Source: the human T2T-CHM13v2.0 reference genome, Homo sapiens
Assembly (NCBI RefSeq): GCF_009914755.1
Contig: NC_060933.1
Direction: 5' to 3' (one strand)
DNA: 64,000 bases
Part shown: piece by piece, positions 44,341-57,200 of the stretch
Position numbering within the stretch: position 1 is the first letter of the stretch
How the letters are laid out: each line of letters opens with the position of its first letter
Notes under the pieces: model-generated
Database searches by the model: none
What the model was told of the DNA's origin: nothing
Seen by the model: only the letters and a program-made list of their open reading frames with translations
Position numbers and translations under genes: made by a program

Positions 44341-44944
44341 GAATGGAATCGTTCCGAGTGGAATAGGAGGGAATGTATTCGAGTGGAATGGAAAGGAATG
44401 GTACCAACCAGAGTGGAATGGAAGGGAATGGAATGGAAAGGAAACTAATAGAATGGAATCAACCCGAGTGGAATGGAATGGAAAGGACTGGAATGGAATG
44501 GAATGGAATGGAATCAACTCGATTGTAATGGAATGGAATGGAATGCATTGGAATTAACCCGAATACAATGGAATGGAATGGAATGGAACGGAATGGAGTG
44601 GAATAGAATGGAATCAACCGGAGTGCAGGGGAATGGAATGGAATGGAATGCAATGGAATGGAATCATACGGAATGGAATGGAATGGAATGGAATGCAAAG
44701 CAATGGAATCAACTCGATTGCAATGGAATGGAATGGAATGGAAAGGAATACATTGGAATCAACCCGAGTGGAATGGAATGGAAAGGACTGGAATGGAGTG
44801 GAATGGAAAGGAATGGAATGGAAAGGAATCAACTCGATTGGAATGGAATGGAATGGAATGGAATTAACCCGAATAGAATGGAATGGAATGGAATGGAATG
44901 GAACGGAATGGAATGGAATGGAATGGAATGGAATGGAATGGAAT

Positions 44945-47900
44945 GGTATCAACCCGACTGCAGGGTAATGGAATGGAATGGAATGCAATGGAATGGATTC
45001 AACTTGAATGGAATGGAAAGAATGGAATCAACACGAGTGGAATGGCATGGATTGGAATGGAATGGAATGGAATCAACCCGAGTACAGGGGAATGGAATGG
45101 AATGGAATGCAATGGAATGGAATCATCCGTAATGGAATGGAAAGGAATGGAATGGAATGGAATGGAATGGAATGGAATGGAATGGAATCAACTCGATTGC
45201 AATCGAATGGAATGGAATGGAATTAACCCGAATAGAATGGAATGGAATGGAATGGAACGGAACGGAATGGAATGGAATGGAATGGAATGGAACGGAATGG
45301 AATGGAATGGAATGGAATGGAATCAACGCGAGTGCAGGGGAAAGGAAAGGAATGGAATGCAATGGAATGGAATCTCCTGGAATGGAATGGAATTGAATGG
45401 AATGGAATGAAATGCAATGGATTCAACTCGATTGCAATGGAATGGAATAGAATGGAATGGAATGGAATGGAATGGAATTAATCCGAATAGAATGGAATGG
45501 AATGGAATGGAACGGAATGGAACGGAATGGAATGGAATGGAATGGAATGGAATGGTATGGAATGGAATGGAATGGTACGGAATAGAATGGAATGGAAAGA
45601 ATTGTAATGGAATGGAATTGAATGGAATGGAATGGAATGGAATGGAATCAACGCGAGTGCAGGGGAATGTAATGGAACGGAATGCAATGGAATGGAATCA
45701 TCCGGAATGGAATGGAATGGAATGCAATGGAATGGAATCAACCCGAGTGCAATGGAATGGAATGGAATGGAATGGAATGGAATGGAATGGAACAACCCGA
45801 ATGGAATGGAATGTAATGGAGAGTAAGGGAGTTGAATAGAATCAATCCGAATGTAATGGAATGGAATGCAACGGAATGGAATGGAATGGAATGGAATGGA
45901 ATGCAATGGAATGGAATCAACCCGAGTACAATGGAATGGAATGGAATGGAATGGAATGGAATGGAATGGAATGATACGGAATAGAATGGAATGGATCGAA
46001 ATGGAATGGAATGGAATGGAATGGAATGGAATGGAATGGAATCGTTCCGAGTGGAATAGGAGGGAATGTATTCGAGTGGAATGAAAGGAATGGAATCAAC
46101 CAGAGTGGAATGGAAGGGAATGGAATGGAATGGAAAATAATAGAATGGAATCAACCCGAGTGGAATGGAATGGAAAGGACTGGAATGGAATGGAATGGAA
46201 TGGAATGGAATGCAATGGAATGGAATCAACCCGAGTGCAATCGAATGGAATCGAACGGAATGGAATGCAATGGAATGGATTCAACTTGAATGGAAAGGAA
46301 AGAATGGAATCAACACGAGTGGAATGGCATGGATTGGAATGGAATGGAATGGAATCAACCCGAGTACAGGGGAATGGAATGGAATGGAATGCAATGGAAT
46401 GGAATCATCAGTAATGGAATGGAAAGGAATGGAAAGGACTGGAATGGAATGGAATGGAATGGAACGGAATGGAATGCAATCAACTCGATTGCAATCGAAT
46501 GGAATGGAATGGAATTAACCCGAATAGAATGGAATGGAATGGAATGGAACGGAACGGAATGGAATGGAATGGAATGGAATGGAACGGAAAGGAATGGAAT
46601 GGAATAGAATGGAACGGAATGGAAAGGAATCGAATCAACGCGAGTGCAGAGGAATGGAATGAAATCGAATGGAATGGAAAGGAATGGAATGGAATTAACC
46701 CGAGTGCAGGGGAAGGTAATGCAACCGAATGCAATGGAATGGAATCATCCGGAATGGAATGGAATGGAATGGAATGGAATCAACCCGAGTGCAATGGAAT
46801 GGAGTGGAATGGAAAGGAATGGAATGGAACAACCCGAATGGAATGGAATGTAATAGAGAGTAAGGGAGTTGAAAAGAATCAATCCGAATGTAATGGAATG
46901 GAATGGAACGGAATGGAATGGAATGGGATGGAATGGAATGGAATGCAATGGAATGGAATCTACCCGAGTACAATGGAATGGAATGGAATGGAATGGAATG
47001 GAATGGAATGGAATGGAATGCAATGAAATGGAATCTTCCGGAATGGAATGGAATGGAATGGAATGGAATGCAATGGATTCAACTCGATTGCAATGGAATG
47101 GAATAGAATGGAATGGAGTGGAATGGAATGGAATGGAATTAAACCGAATAGAATGGAATGGAATGGAATGGAACGGAACAGAACGGAACGGAACGGAACG
47201 GAGTGGAATGGAATGGAATGGAATTGTATGGAATGGAATGGAATGGTACGGAATAGAATGGAATGGAAAGAATTGGAATGGAATGGAATCGAATGGAATG
47301 GAATGGAATGGAATGGAATCAACCCGAGTGCAGGGGAATGTAATGGAACGGAATGCAATGGAATGGAATCATCCGGAATGGAATGGAATGGAATGGAATG
47401 GAATGGAATGGAATGGAATCAACCCGAGTGCAATGGAATGGAGTGGAATGGAATGGAATGGAATGGAACAACCCGAATGGAATGGAATGTAATGGAGAGT
47501 AAGGGAGTTGAATAGAATCAATCCGAATGTAATGGAATAGAACGGAATGGAATGGAATGGAATGGAATGGAATGGAATGGAATGCAATGGAATGGAATGG
47601 TATCAACCCGACTGCAGGGTAATGGAATGGAATGGAATGCAATGGAATGGATTCAACTTGAATGGAATGGAAAGAATGGAATCAACACGAGTGGAATGGC
47701 ATGGATTGGAATGGAATGGAATGGAATCAACCCGAGTACAGGGGAATGGAATGGAATGGAATGCAATGGAATGGAATCATCCGTAATGGAATGGAAAGGA
47801 ATGGAATGGAATGGAATGGAATGGAATGGAATGGAATGGAATGGAATGGAATCAACTCGATTGCAATCGAATGGAATGGAATGGAATTAACCCGAATAGA

Positions 47901-50070
47901 ATGGAATGGAATGGAATGGAACGGAACGGAATGGAATGGAATGGAATGGAATGGAACGGAATGGAATGGAATGGAATGGAATGGAATCAACGCGAGTGCA
48001 GGGGAAAGGAAAGGAATGGAATGCAATGGAATGGAATCTTCTGGAATGGAATGGAATGGAATGGAATGGAATGAAATGCAATGGATTCAACTCGATTGCA
48101 ATGGAATGGAATAGAATGGAATGGAATGGAATGGAATGGAATTAATCCGAATAGAATGGAATGGAATGGAATGGAACGGAATGGAACGGAATGGAATGGA
48201 ATGGAATGGAATGGAATGGTATGGAATGGAATGGAATGGTACGGAATAGAATGGAATGGAAAGAATTGTAATGGAATGGAATTGAATGGAATGGAATGGA
48301 ATGGAATGGAATCAACGCGAGTGCAGAGGAATGTAATGGAACGGAATGCAATGGAATGGAATCATCCGGAATGGAATGGAATGGAATGCAATGGAATGGA
48401 ATCAACCCGAGTGCAATGGAATGGAATGGAATGGAATGGAATGGAATGGAACAACCCGAATGGAATGGAATGTAATGGAGAGTAAGGGAGTTGAATAGAA
48501 TCAATCCGAATGTAATGGAATGGAATGCAACGGAATGGAATGGAATGGAATGGAATGGAATGCAATGGAATGGAATCAACCCGAGTACAATGGAATGGAA
48601 TGGAATGGAATGGAATGGAATGGAATGGAATGGAATGGAATGGAATGATACGGAATAGAATGGAATGGATCGAAATGGAATGGAATGGAATGGAATGCAA
48701 TGGAATGGAATGGAATCGTTCCGAGTGGAATAGGAGGGAATGTATTCGAGTGGAATGAAAGGAATGGAATCAACCAGAGTGGAATGGAAGGGAATGGAAT
48801 GGAATGGAAAATAATAGAATGGAATCAACCCGAGTGGAATGGAATGGAAAGGACTGGAATGGAATGGAATGGAATGGAATGGAATGCAATGGAATGGAAT
48901 CAACCCGAGTGCAATCGAATGGAATCGAACGGAATGGAATGCAATGGAATGGATTCAACTTGAATGGAAAGGAAAGAATGGAATCAACACGAGTGGAATG
49001 GCATGGATTGGAATGGAATGGAATGGAATCAACCCGAGTACAGGGGAATGGAATGGAATGGAATGCAATGGAATGGAATCATCAGTAATGGAATGGAAAG
49101 GAATGGAAAGGACTGGAATGGAATGGAATGGAATGGAATGGAATGGAATGGAATGCAATCAACTCGATTGCAATCGAATGGAATGGAATGGAATTAACCC
49201 GAATAGAATGGAATGGAATGGAATGGAACGGAACGGAATGGAATGGAATGGAATGGAATGGAACGGAAAGGAATGGAATGGAATAGAATGGAACGGAATG
49301 GAAAGGAATCGAATCAACGCGAGTGCAGAGGAATGGAATGAAATCGAATGGAATGGAAAGGAATGGAATGGAATTAACCCGAGTGCAGGGGAAGGTAATG
49401 CAACCGAATGCAATGGAATGGAATCATCCGGAATGGAATGGAATGGAATGGAATGGAATCAACCCGAGTGCAATGGAATGGAGTGGAATGGAAAGGAATG
49501 GAATGGAACAACCCGAATGGAATGGAATGTAATAGAGAGTAAGGGAGTTGAAAAGAATCAATCCGAATGTAATGGAATGGAATGGAACGGAATGGAATGG
49601 AATGGGATGGAATGGAATGGAATGCAATGGAATGGAATCTACCCGAGTACAATGGAATGGAATGGAATGGAATGGAATGGAATGGAATGGAATGGAATGC
49701 AATGAAATGGAATCTTCCGGAATGGAATGGAATGGAATGGAATGGAATGCAATGGATTCAACTCGATTGCAATGGAATGGAATAGAATGGAATGGAGTGG
49801 AATGGAATGGAATGGAATTAAACCGAATAGAATGGAATGGAATGGAATGGAACGGAACAGAACGGAACGGAACGGAACGGAGTGGAATGGAATGGAATGG
49901 AATTGTATGGAATGGAATGGAATGGTACGGAATAGAATGGAATGGAAAGAATTGGAATGGAATGGAATCGAATGGAATGGAATGGAATGGAATGGAATCA
50001 ACCCGAGTGCAGGGGAATGTAATGGAACGGAATGCAATGGAATGGAATCATCCGGAATGGAATGGAATGG
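44945..50070 (+). repeat. ~2.67-kb tandem duplication (nearly 2 copies)
   Basis: ggtatcaacccgactg 44945/47599, ggatcgaaat 45993/48667, gaatgggatgg 46921/49600 and atctacccgagtac 46958/49637. Confidence 0.9.
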
Positions 50071-51879
50071 AATGGAATGGAATCTTCCGGAATGGAATGG
50101 AATGGGTTGGAATGAAATGCAATTGATTCAACTCGATTGCAATGGAATGGAATAGAATGGTATGGAATGGAATGGAATGGAATGGAATTAACCCGAATAG
50201 AATGGAATGGAATGGAATGGAACGGAATGGAACGGAATGGAATGGAATGGAATGGAATAGAAAGGAATGGAATGGAATGGAATTGAATGGAATCAACCCG
50301 AGTGCAATGGAATGGAATGGAATGGAACAACCCGAATTGAATGGAATGTAATGGAGAGTAAGGGAGTTGAATAGAATCAATCCGAATGGAATGGAATGGA
50401 ATGGAACGGAATGTAATGGAATGGAATGGAATGGAATTAACCCGAGTGCAGGGGAATGGAATGGAATGTAATGTAGAGTAAGGGAGTTGAATAGAATCAA
50501 TCCGAATGTAATGGAATGGAATGCAACGGAATGGAATGGAATGGAATGGAATGGAATGGAATGGAATGGAATGGAATGCAATCGTTCCGAGTGGAATAGG
50601 AGGGAATGTATTCGAGTGGAATGGAAAGGAATGGAATCAACCAGAGTGGAATGGAAGGGAATGGAATGGAATGGAAACTAATAGAATGGAATCAACCCGA
50701 GTGGAATGGAATGCAAAGGACTGGAATGGAATGGAATGGAATGGAATGGAATCAACGCGAGTGCAGGGGAATGGAATGGAATCGAATGGAATGGAATGGA
50801 ATCAACCCGAGTGCAATCGAATGGAATCGAATGGAATGGAATGCAATGGAATGGATTCAACTTGAATGGAAAGGAAAGAATGGAATCAACACGAGTGGAA
50901 TGGCATGGATTGGAATGGAATGGAATGGAATCAACCCGAGTACAGGGGAATGGAATGGAATGGAATGCAATGGAATGGAATCATCGGTAATGGAATGGAA
51001 AGGAATGGAAAGGACTGGAATGGAATGGAATGGAATGGAATGGAATGGAATGGAATGCAATGGAATGGAATCAACCCGAGTGGAATGGAATGGAGAGGAA
51101 TGGAATGGAATGGAATGGAAACTACCCGAATGGAATGGAATGTAATGGAGTGTAAGGGAATTGAATAGAATCAATCCGAATGTAATGGAATGGAATGGAA
51201 CGGAATGGAATGGAATGGAATGGAATGGAATGCAATGGAATGGAATCAACCCGAGTGCAATCGAATGGAATCGAATGGAATGGAATGCAATGGAATGGAT
51301 TCAACTTGAATGGAATGGAAAGAATGGAATCAACACGAGTGGAATGGCATGGCATGGAATGGAATGGAATGGAATCAACCCGAGTACAGGGGAATTTAAT
51401 GTAATGGAATGCAATGGAATGGAATCATCCGTAATGGAATGGAAAGGAATGGAATGGAATGGAATGGAATGGAATGGAATGGAATGGACTCAACTCGTTT
51501 GCAATCGAATGGAATGGAATGGAATTAACCCGAATAGAATGGAATGGAATAGAATGGAACGGAACGGAATGGAACGGAATGGAATGGAATGGAATGGAAT
51601 GGAACGGAACAGAATGGAATGGAATGGAATGGAATGGAATCAACGCGAGTGCAGGGGAATGGAATGGAATGGAATGCAATGGAATGGAATCTTCCGGAAT
51701 GGAATGGAATGGAATGGAATGGAATGGAATGGAATGGAATCAACCCGAGTGCAATGGAATGGAGTGGAATGGAATGCAGTGGAATGGAACAACCCGAATG
51801 GAATGGAATGGAATGGAGAGTAAGGGAGTTGAATAGAATCAATCCGAATGTAATGGAATGGAATGGAACGGAATGGAAT

Positions 51880-54235
51880 TGAATGGAATGTAATGGAATG
51901 CAATGGAATGGAATCAACCCGAGTGCAATGGAATGGAGAGGAATGGAATTGAATGGAATGGAAACTAACCGAATGGAATGGAATGTAATGGAGTGTAAGG
52001 GAATTGAATAGAATCAATCCGAATGTAATGGAATGGAATGGAACGGAATGGAATGGAATGGAATGGAATCAACTCGATTGTAATGGAATGGAATGGAAGG
52101 GAATGGAGTGGAATGGAATGGAATCAACCCGAGTGTAGGGGAATGGAATGGAATGGAATGCAATGGAATGGAATCATCCGGAATGGAATGGAATGGAATG
52201 GAATGCAAAGCAATGGAATCAACTCGATTGCAATGGAATGGAATGGAATGGAAAGTAATACATTGGAAGCAACCCGAGTGGAATGGAATGGAAAGGACTG
52301 GAATGGAGTGGAATGGAATGGAATGGAATGGAATGGAATCAACTCGATTGGAATGGAATGGAATGGAATGGAATGGAATGGAATGGAATGGAATTAACCC
52401 GAATAGAATGGAATGGAATGGAATGGAACGGAACGGAACGGAACGGAATGGAATGGAATGGAATGGAATGGAATGGAATGGAAACAACCCGACTGCAGGG
52501 GAATGGAATGGAATGGAATGCAATGGAATGGATTTAACTTGAATGGAATGGAAACAATGGAATCGACACGAGTGGAATGGCATGGATTGGAATGGAATGG
52601 AATGGAATCAACCCGAGTACAGGGGAATGAAATGGAATGGAATGCAATGGAATGGAATCATCCATAATGGAATGGAAAGGAATGGAATGGAATGGAATGG
52701 AATGGAATGGAATGGAATGGAATCAACTCGATTGCAATCGAATGGAATGGAATGGAATTAACCCGAATAGAATGGAATGGAATGGAATGGAACGGAACGG
52801 AACGGAATGGAATGGATTGGAATGGAATGGAATGGAATGGAATGCAAAGGAATGGAATGGAATGGAATGGAATGGAATGGAACGGAATGGAATGGAATGG
52901 AATGGAATGGAATGGAAAACCCGAGTGCAATGGAATGGAGTGGAATGGAATGGAATGGAATGGAACAACCCGAATAGAATGGAATGTAATGGAGAGTAAG
53001 GGAGTTGAATAGAATCAATCCGAAAGTAATGGAATGGAATGGAACGGAATGGAATTGAATGGAATGTAATGGAATGCAATGGAATGGAATCAACCCGAGT
53101 GCAATGGAATGGAGAGGAATGGAATTGAATGGAATGGAAACTAACCGAATGGAATGGAATGTAATGGAGTGTAAGGGAATTGAATAGAATCAATCCGAAT
53201 GTAATGGAATGGAATGGAACGGAATGGAATGGAATGGAATGGAATCAACTCGATTGTAATGGAATGGAATGGAAGGGAATGGAGTGGAATGGAATGGAAT
53301 CAACCCGAGTGCAGGGGAATGGAATGGAATGGAATGCAATGGAATGGAATCATCCGGAATGGAATGGAATGGAATGGAATGCAAAGCAATGGAATCAACT
53401 CGATTGCAATGGAATGGAATGGAATGGAAAGGAATACATTGGAAGCAACCCGAGTGGAATGGAATGGAAAGGACTGGAATGGAGTGGAATGGAATGGAAT
53501 GGAATGGAATGGAATCAACTCGATTGGAATGGAATGGAATGGAATGGAATGGAATGGAATGGAATGGAATTAACCCGAATAGAATGGAATGGAATGGAAT
53601 GGAACGGAACGGAACGGAACGGAATGGAATGGAATGGAATGGAATGGAATGGAATGGAATGGAAACAACCCGACTGCAGGGGAATGGAATGGAATGGAAT
53701 GCAATGGAATGGATTCAACTTGAATGGAATGGAAACAATGGAATCAACACGAGTGGAATGGCATGGATTGGAATGGAATGGAATGGAATCAACCCGAGTA
53801 CAGGGGAATGAAATGGAATGGAATGCAATGGAATGGAATCATCCATAATGGAATGGAAAGGAATGGAATGGAATGGAATGGAATGGAATGGAATGGAATG
53901 GAATCAACTCGATTGCAATCGAATGGAATGGAATGGAATTAACCCGAATAGAATGGAATGGAATGGAATGGAACGGAACGGAACGGAATGGAATGGATTG
54001 GAATGGAATGGAATGGAATGGAATGCAAAGGAATGGAATGGAATGGAATGGAATGGAATGGAATGGAATGGAATGGAATGGAATGGAATGGAAAACCCGA
54101 GTGCAATGGAATGGAGTGGAATGGAATGGAATGGAATGGAACAACCCGAATAGAATGGAATGTAATGGAGAGTAAGGGAGTTGAATAGAATCAATCCGAA
54201 AGTAATGGAATGGAATGGAACGGAATGGAATTGAA
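51880..54235 (+). repeat. ~1176-bp tandem duplication (2 copies)
   Basis: aaactaaccg 51962/53138, cattggaagcaacc 52261/53437, ggaaaacccgag 52915/54090 and ccgaaagtaa 53020/54196. Confidence 0.92.
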
Positions 54236-57200
54236 TGGAATGGAATGGAATGCAATGGAATGGAATCAACCCGAGGTCAATGGAATGGAGAGGAATGGAA
54301 TGGAATGGAATGGAAACTACACGAATGGAATGGAATGTAATGGAGTGTAAGGGAATTGAATAGAATCAATCTGAATGTAATGGAATGGAATGGAACGTAA
54401 TGGAATGGAATGGAATGGAATGGAATGGAATTAATCCGAATAGAATGGAATGGAATGGAATGGAACGGAATGGAACGGAATGGAATGGAATGGAATGGAA
54501 TGGAATGGTATGGAATGGAATGGAATGGTACGGAATAGAATGGAATGGAACGAATTGTAATGGAATGGAATTGAATGGAATGGAATGGAATGGAATGGAA
54601 TCAACGCGAGTGCAGGGGAATGTAATGGAACGGAATGCAATGCAATGGAATCATCCGGAATGGAATGGAATGGAATGGAATGGAATGGAATGGAATGGAA
54701 TCAACCCGAGTGCAATGGAATAGAGTGGAATGGAATGGAATGGAATGGAACAACCCGAATGGAGTGGAATGTAATGGAGAGTAAGGGAGTTGAATAGAAT
54801 CAATCCGAATGTAATGGAATGGAGTGCAACGGAATGGAATGGAATGGAATGGAATGGAATGCAATGGAATTGAATCAACCCGAGTACAATGGAATGGAAT
54901 GGAATGGAATGGAATGGAATGGAATGGAATGGAATGGAATGGAATGGAATCGTTCCGAGTGGAATAGGAGGGAATGTATTCGAGTGGAATGGAAAGGAAT
55001 GGTACCAACCAGAGTGGAATGGAAGGGAATGGAATGGAATGGAAACTAATAGAATGGAATCAACCCGAGTGGAATGGAATGGAAAGGACTGGAATGGAAT
55101 GGAATGGAATGAAATCAACTCGATTGTAATGGAATGGAATGGAATGGAATGGAATGCATTGGAATTAACCCGAATACAATGGAATGGAATGGAATGGAAC
55201 GGAATGGAGTGGAATAGAATGGAATCAACCCGAGTGCAGGGGAATGGAATGGAATGGAATGCAATGGAATGGAATCATCCGGAATGGAATGGAATGGAAT
55301 GGAATGCAAAGCAATGGAATCAACTCGATTGCAATGGAATGGAATGGAATGGAAAGGAATACATTGGAATCAACCCGAGTGGAATGGAATGGAAATGACT
55401 GGAATGGAGTGGAATGGAAAGGAATGGAATGGAATGGAATCAACTCGATTGGAATGGAATGGAATGGAATGGAATTAACCCGAATAGAATGGAATGGAAT
55501 GGAATGGAACGGAACGGAATGGAATGGAATGGAATGGAATGGAATGGAATGGAATGGAATGGTATCAACCCGACTGCAGGGTAATGGAATGGAATGGAAT
55601 GCAATGGAATGGATTCAACTTGAATGGAATGGAAAGAATGGAATCAACACGAGTGGAATGGCATGGATTGGAATGGAATGGAATGGAATCAACCCGAGTA
55701 CAGGGGAATGGAATGGAATGGGATGCAATGGAATGGAATCATCCGTAATGGAATGGAAAGGAATGGAATTGAACGGAATGGAATGGAATGGAATGGAATG
55801 GAATGGAATCAACTCGATTGCAATCGAATGGAATGGAATGGAATTAACCCGAATAGAATGGAATGGAATGGAATGGAACGGAACGGAATGGAATGGAATG
55901 GAATGGAATGGAACGGAATGGAATGGAATGGAATGGAATGGAATCAACGCGAGTGCAGGGGAATGGAAAGGAATGGAATGCAATGGAATGGAATCTTCTG
56001 GAATGGAATGGAATGGAATGGAATGGAATGAAATGCAATGGATTCAACTCGATTGCAATGGAATGGAATAGAATGGAATGGAATGGAATGGAATGGAATT
56101 AATCCGAATAGAATGGAATGGAATGGAATGGAACGGAATGGAACGGAATGGAATGGAATGGAATGGAATGGAATGGTATGGAATGGAATGGAATGGTACG
56201 GAATAGAATGGAATGGAAAGAATTGTAATGGAATGGAATGGAATGGAATGGAATGGAATCAACCCGAGTGCAATGGAATGGAGTGGAATGGAAAGGAATG
56301 GAATGGAACAACCCGAATGGAATGGAATGTAATGGAGAGTAAGGGAGTTGAAAAGAATCAATCCGAATGTAATGGAATGGAATGGAACGGAATGGAATGG
56401 AATGGAATGGAATGGAATGGAATGCAATGGAATGGAATCAACCCGAGTACAATGGAATGGAATGGAATGGAATGGAATGGAATGGAATGGAATGGAATGG
56501 AATGGAATGGAATCTTCCGGAATGGAAGGGAATGGAATGGAATGGAATGGAGTGGAATGCAATGGATTCAACTCGATTGCAATGGAATGGAATAGAATGG
56601 AATGGAATGGAATGGAATGGAATTAACCCGAATAGAATGGAATGGAATGGAATGGAACGGAACAGAACGGAACGGAACGGAACGGAGTGGAATGGAATGG
56701 AATGGAATTCTATGGAATGGAATGGAATGCTGCGGTATAGAATGGAATGCAAAGAATTGGAATGGAATGGAATCGAATGGAATGGAATGGAATGGAATGG
56801 AATCAACCCGAGTGCAGGGGAAAGTAATGGAAAGGAATGCAATGGAATGGAATCATCCGGAATGGAATGGAATGGAATGGAATGGAATGGAATGGAATGG
56901 AATCAACCCGAGCGCAATGGAATGGAGTGGAATGGAATGGAATGGAATGGAACAACCCGAATGGAATGGAATGTAATGGAGAGTAAGGGAGTTGAATAGA
57001 ATCAATCCGAATGTAATGGAATGGAACGGAATGGAATGGAATGGAATGGAATGGAATGGAATGGAGTGGAATGCAATGGAATGGAATCAACCCGAGTACA
57101 ATGGAAAGGAATGGAATGGAATGTAATGTAATGGAATGGAATGGAATGGAATCAACCCGAGTGCAATGGAATGGAGAGGAATGGAATGGAATGGAATGGA

